Shown piece after piece: positions 60,848 through 64,000 of a DNA stretch of 64,000 nucleotides (within the stretch, counting starts at the first letter, position 1; every line of letters begins with the position of its first letter). The stretch comes from Gammaproteobacteria bacterium (GTDB taxonomy: Bacteria; Pseudomonadota; Gammaproteobacteria; SG8-11): NCBI GenBank assembly GCA_031363085.1, contig JANLTU010000036.1:3415-67414 (forward strand), read 5' to 3'. The notes under the pieces are model-generated. The model was given only the letters and a program-made list of their open reading frames with translations, was not told where the DNA came from and made no database searches. A program made the position numbers and the translations under genes.

Positions 60848-62968
60848 ATGTCATTCCGGCTTAAAACGATCCTTGGCATTGTACTTATCCAAGCGACCTT
60901 GCTGTTGCTCCTGAATTGGTACGGCTTTAATGCATTTAAATCCTCGAATGAAGAAGAATTTTTAAAGCGCGCTCAAACCACCACCGCCCTCTTTGCCTCC
61001 ACAGTTCATAATGCCGTTTTAGCATCCGACTTGGCCGCGCTCGAAAGTTTTGTGGACGAGATACTGACCAATCATGACATCGTCTATGCCAGAATTCTGG
61101 CCCGCGAAGTCGTGCTGGCTCAGGGCGGTGATTCAGTAGCGCTCGCCCGACCTTTTTTAGCGGATACACGTTTTGAAGACGTCACGGGCAGCGTGTTTGA
61201 TAGCGGTGCCGACATCAATATCGCAGCCAAAAAATATGGGCGTGTCGAGTTGGGGTTTACTACCAAAGCTATGCAGGAGGTGCTGGCAGAAGCGCGGCAT
61301 AAATTATTCGTTTTCGACGCGCTGGCAATGACGCTGCTGGCTATTTTCTCCTACCTGCTGGGGCTTTATTTAACGCGCGGATTGGAAACCTTAAAGAAAG
61401 CGTCACGCTGTGTCGCCGAAGGCGATCTCGGCTACCAGATCGCGGTACGCGGCAGCGATGAGCTGGCACAAACCGCAGCGGCTTTTAACGACATGTCGAG
61501 CAAGCTTGCCTTGCTGGACCAGGAACATCGGCGCGCTGAAAATGAAATCAAACTCCTGAATGCGGAGCTTGAAGAACGGGTGGAACACCGTACCACCCAA
61601 CTGGCGTCGCTTAACAAAAAACTTGAACATCAATCGTTGCACGATGCGTTGACCCTATTACCGAATCGTACGCTCTATCACGACCGGCTCGATCAGGCGA
61701 TTCTCCTTGCGCATCGCAACACACAATCCTTCGCGCTGATGGCCTTGGATCTGGATCGGTTCAAGGAGATTAACGATTCGTTGGGCCATCACGCCGGCGA
61801 TCTGGTATTACAAGAAACGGCGGAGCGGCTCAAGAGCGCGTTGCGTCATTCAGACACGGTGGCGCGCATGGGCGGCGATGAATTTGCGCTATTGTTGCCT
61901 ACCGCCAGCAGTGCGGAAGAGGCCACGGTGGTGGCAAAGAAAATCCTGCAACTGTTTACTGAACATCTGGTGGTCGACGGCCGCCCGATTGACATCGGTG
62001 CCAGCATTGGCATTGCACTCTTTCCCCAGCACGGCGACGACGCTTCCACCTTGATGCGGCGTTCCGACTCGGCCATGTATGCGGCCAAGCGCAGTCAGTC
62101 GGGCTATGTGCTTTACGATTCAAGCCTGGATGCCGAGGATGCTGAGCGACTGACTCTGCAAATGGATTTGCGGCATGCCCTGGGCAATAAAGAACTGGTG
62201 CTGCACTATCAGCCGAAGATCGATTTTTCCACCCACCAAATCAGCGGTGTTGAGGCGCTGGTGCGTTGGCAACACCCACGCCTGGGGCTGATTTTTCCAG
62301 ACGCTTTCATTCCCATTGCGGAAAAAACCGGCTTGATGAAACCGTTTACACTCGCCGTCATCGAGCTGGCCTTGACCCAATCTGCCCTTTGGACTCAGGC
62401 CGGACTGCATCTGAGCATCGCCATCAACATCTCTGCCATCAATCTGCAGGATCCGCAGTTTCCCGCCGACATGGCGATGATGTTGGATAAACATAAAGTC
62501 TTGTCCGCGAACATCGAACTGGAAGTAACCGAAACCGCCATCATGAGCGAGCCGCTGAAGGCCATCGAGAACATCAAGAAGCTCAGCGAGATGGGTTTGC
62601 AAATTGCCATCGACGACTTTGGAACGGGCTATTCCTCGATGGCCTATTTGCGAAAACTGCTGGTCGCCAAAATTAAAATCGACAAGTCGTTTGTGATGGA
62701 TATGCATAACAACAAAAACGACGAAGTCATCGTGCGTTCCACCGTGGACCTGGGGCATAACCTGGGGCTCACGGTGGTGGCCGAAGGCGTTGAAACGCAA
62801 CTGGCGTGGGACAAACTTAAAGAACTGGGTTGCGATGCTGCGCAAGGTTACTTTATGGGGCGCCCCGTGGCGTCTGCCGAACTGGAAAAATGGATCAGGC
62901 AATCACCCTGGGGTTTGACCCGCACGGAGATGGCCACGAGCCGGCAAGAAGTGCTTGCCCGAAAATAA
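60848..62968 (+). CDS. Membrane-bound HAMP-GGDEF-EAL protein (bifunctional diguanylate cyclase/phosphodiesterase type)
   Basis: Two TM segments around a periplasmic region, a HAMP domain, an intact RMGGDEF motif and intact EAL motifs (ELEVTET, DDFGTGYSSMAYL). Confidence 0.85.
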   Translation: MSFRLKTILGIVLIQATLLLLLNWYGFNAFKSSNEEEFLKRAQTTTALFASTVHNAVLASDLAALESFVDEILTNHDIVYARILAREVVLAQGGDSVALARPFLADTRFEDVTGSVFDSGADINIAAKKYGRVELGFTTKAMQEVLAEARHKLFVFDALAMTLLAIFSYLLGLYLTRGLETLKKASRCVAEGDLGYQIAVRGSDELAQTAAAFNDMSSKLALLDQEHRRAENEIKLLNAELEERVEHRTTQLASLNKKLEHQSLHDALTLLPNRTLYHDRLDQAILLAHRNTQSFALMALDLDRFKEINDSLGHHAGDLVLQETAERLKSALRHSDTVARMGGDEFALLLPTASSAEEATVVAKKILQLFTEHLVVDGRPIDIGASIGIALFPQHGDDASTLMRRSDSAMYAAKRSQSGYVLYDSSLDAEDAERLTLQMDLRHALGNKELVLHYQPKIDFSTHQISGVEALVRWQHPRLGLIFPDAFIPIAEKTGLMKPFTLAVIELALTQSALWTQAGLHLSIAINISAINLQDPQFPADMAMMLDKHKVLSANIELEVTETAIMSEPLKAIENIKKLSEMGLQIAIDDFGTGYSSMAYLRKLLVAKIKIDKSFVMDMHNNKNDEVIVRSTVDLGHNLGLTVVAEGVETQLAWDKLKELGCDAAQGYFMGRPVASAELEKWIRQSPWGLTRTEMATSRQEVLARK

Positions 62969-62995
62969 CAGCGGGTGGCTGCGCCTTAGAATAAA

Positions 62996-63820
62996 TTGCC
63001 TCTTAACAAAACTCAGCCGAATTTGACGGGCAAATGGGCCGCGCAAACGCCGAGCAGTCGTGCTGGGAGTTCGGGTTCGCAGTGTCGGCGATTGAATCGG
63101 TAACAGAATTCATTGAGGTATTCCTGCAAGTATTTTCCGGACACGCCGTGAAAGGTACCGAGAATGAAGCGCTTGAAGTTGCTGATGACGAGATGCACCC
63201 AAGGCCGCCATTCATGGGCTTTTTCAGGGGGTGTGTTTTGAGGGAGGTGGCGGTGGTGTTCATCCAGACATTTCAGGGCGGCCAAGCCATCGGTCACCAC
63301 CGTTTCACCTGCGTTCAAGCGGCGCTTTGCAAAGTCCCGGATCGTCTCGCGATTCACGTGGTCCACCGCCTCCATCGCCACGAACCCGGCGCGTTGACCT
63401 CGGCTTTCGCAGGCCACGACGACGGACGTTTTTCCTTCCGCACCCCGGCCCCGCTTGCCTTTGCGCTTGCCGCCCACGAAGGCGTCGTCCAGTTCAATCC
63501 GGTCCGCGAGGCGATACAGACGGTCCCGGGGGCCCAGGGCGGTACGCAGTTTCTTCAGCATCAACCGCGCGGTCGGCCAGGAGACCTCCAGCACCTTGGA
63601 CAGACGCAGGGCCGAAATGCCACCCTTGTTGGCCGTGAGCCAATAAATCGCGAAGCCCTGTGGTCAGCGTTCCTTGAACAAATACGCTTGGCACGCGTCT
63701 TCTTCTCCAAAGCGCCGTTGCCACTGCAAAAAACTCATCGCTTCCTTTTTCATCGCACCACTCTAACTGGTTGTTCGTGCAGCAAACATAAAACTTTGGC
63801 TGAGTTTTGTTAAGAGGCAA
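62996..63820. mobile_element. IS1595-family insertion sequence (825 bp) with 23-bp perfect terminal inverted repeats
   Basis: IRL ttgcctcttaacaaaactcagcc (62996-63018) and IRR ggctgagttttgttaagaggcaa (63798-63820) bracket a single transposase frame. Confidence 0.8.
63013..63753 (-). pseudogene. IS1595-family transposase interrupted by an in-frame TGA (63664-63666)
   Basis: MKKEAMSFLQWQRRFGEEDACQAYLFKER-[TGA]-PQGFAIYWLTANKGGISALRLSKVLEVSWPTARLM... The stop occupies the position of the family's conserved Trp (RWP), and the zinc-finger segment appears shortened. Confidence 0.65.
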
Positions 63821-63886
63821 TTAATTTAATGCAAACTGCGAGTGATTGATCAAGGAGGATTCAAATGCGTGGTAGTACCCACAAAT

Positions 63887-63918
63887 AAAAAGCCCGATCT
63901 GTATCCAGATCGGGTTTT
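63887..63918. terminator. Bidirectional rho-independent terminator
   Basis: Hairpin cccgatctg-tatc-cagatcggg flanked by A5 on one side and TTTT on the other. Confidence 0.6.
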
Positions 63919-63940
63919 GAAATAACAGCAGTTTATTTTT

Positions 63941-64000
63941 TTACTCGCGAGCGCCTGGTCCGTTCCAAGTCAACCCATTGCTCATGTACGTTAAATAATA
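63941..64000 (-). CDS. 3' end of an unidentified minus-strand gene (partial, extends beyond window)
   Basis: An open frame on the minus strand ends with TAA at 63941-63943, just before the terminator. Only 19 codons are visible. Confidence 0.25.
   Translation of the reverse strand, partial: YYLTYMSNGLTWNGPGARE

Noticed and set aside
63865-63888. Mini-ORF MRGSTHK preceded by a strong AAGGAGG Shine-Dalgarno, just outside the IS right end
   Set aside because: It has only 7 codons and abuts a terminator hairpin. It is most likely a chance ORF or a relic of a disrupted gene start, and no leader-peptide context is evident.

Overview
This is a 64 kb window of high-GC (~60%) proteobacterial chromosome, most likely from a gamma- or betaproteobacterium, though that placement is an inference. 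It is gene-dense with no rRNA, tRNA or CRISPR arrays detected. The main contents, from start to end, are as follows. (1) A phosphate-limitation locus on the minus strand: gdh, phoB, phoR, pstS, then a four-gene HlyD/ABC/FtsX/FtsX exporter module, then pstC and a partial pstA. Separate Pho-box-like direct repeats sit upstream of pstS, pstC and phoB. (2) A MidA-like methyltransferase, a pteridine-reductase-like SDR and an orphan 854-aa Gly/Ser/Thr-rich lipoprotein. (3) A three-gene minus-strand cluster: a 961-aa secreted beta-propeller protein with two CXXCH motifs (MauG/CCP-like), a signal-less CotA-like multicopper oxidase, and a GAF protein. (4) A fused membrane/spermidine-synthase protein and a UspA protein. 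(5) A complete alternative complex III operon (actA, split actB1/actB2, actC, actD, actE, actF), followed by sspA-sspB. (6) A GGDEF(degenerate)-EAL protein. (7) A tightly packed cluster of two TPR lipoproteins, a small secreted protein, ExbB, two ExbD paralogs and a TonB-like protein, with no TonB-dependent receptor nearby. (8) A HAD/BtuC/BtuD-like ABC operon ending in a small YjfB-like protein. (9) rppH-ptsP. (10) A mosaic accessory patch containing an IS3-family transposase remnant fused to a mutS 3'-end remnant, a Phd/YefM-VapC pair whose vapC is frameshifted, a secreted peroxiredoxin in lower-GC DNA, and a divergent SDR/LysR pair. (11) A 962-aa outer-membrane-type protein combining an HExxH motif, PD40-like repeats and an Omp85-like barrel; then argA; then a PhnD-like binding protein paired with a HAMP-GGDEF-EAL membrane protein. 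(12) A small IS1595-family element whose transposase carries an in-frame TGA. The most interesting uncharacterised candidates are the TPR/Exb/TonB module, the beta-propeller-diheme/MCO pair, the composite OM protein and the orphan lipoprotein.
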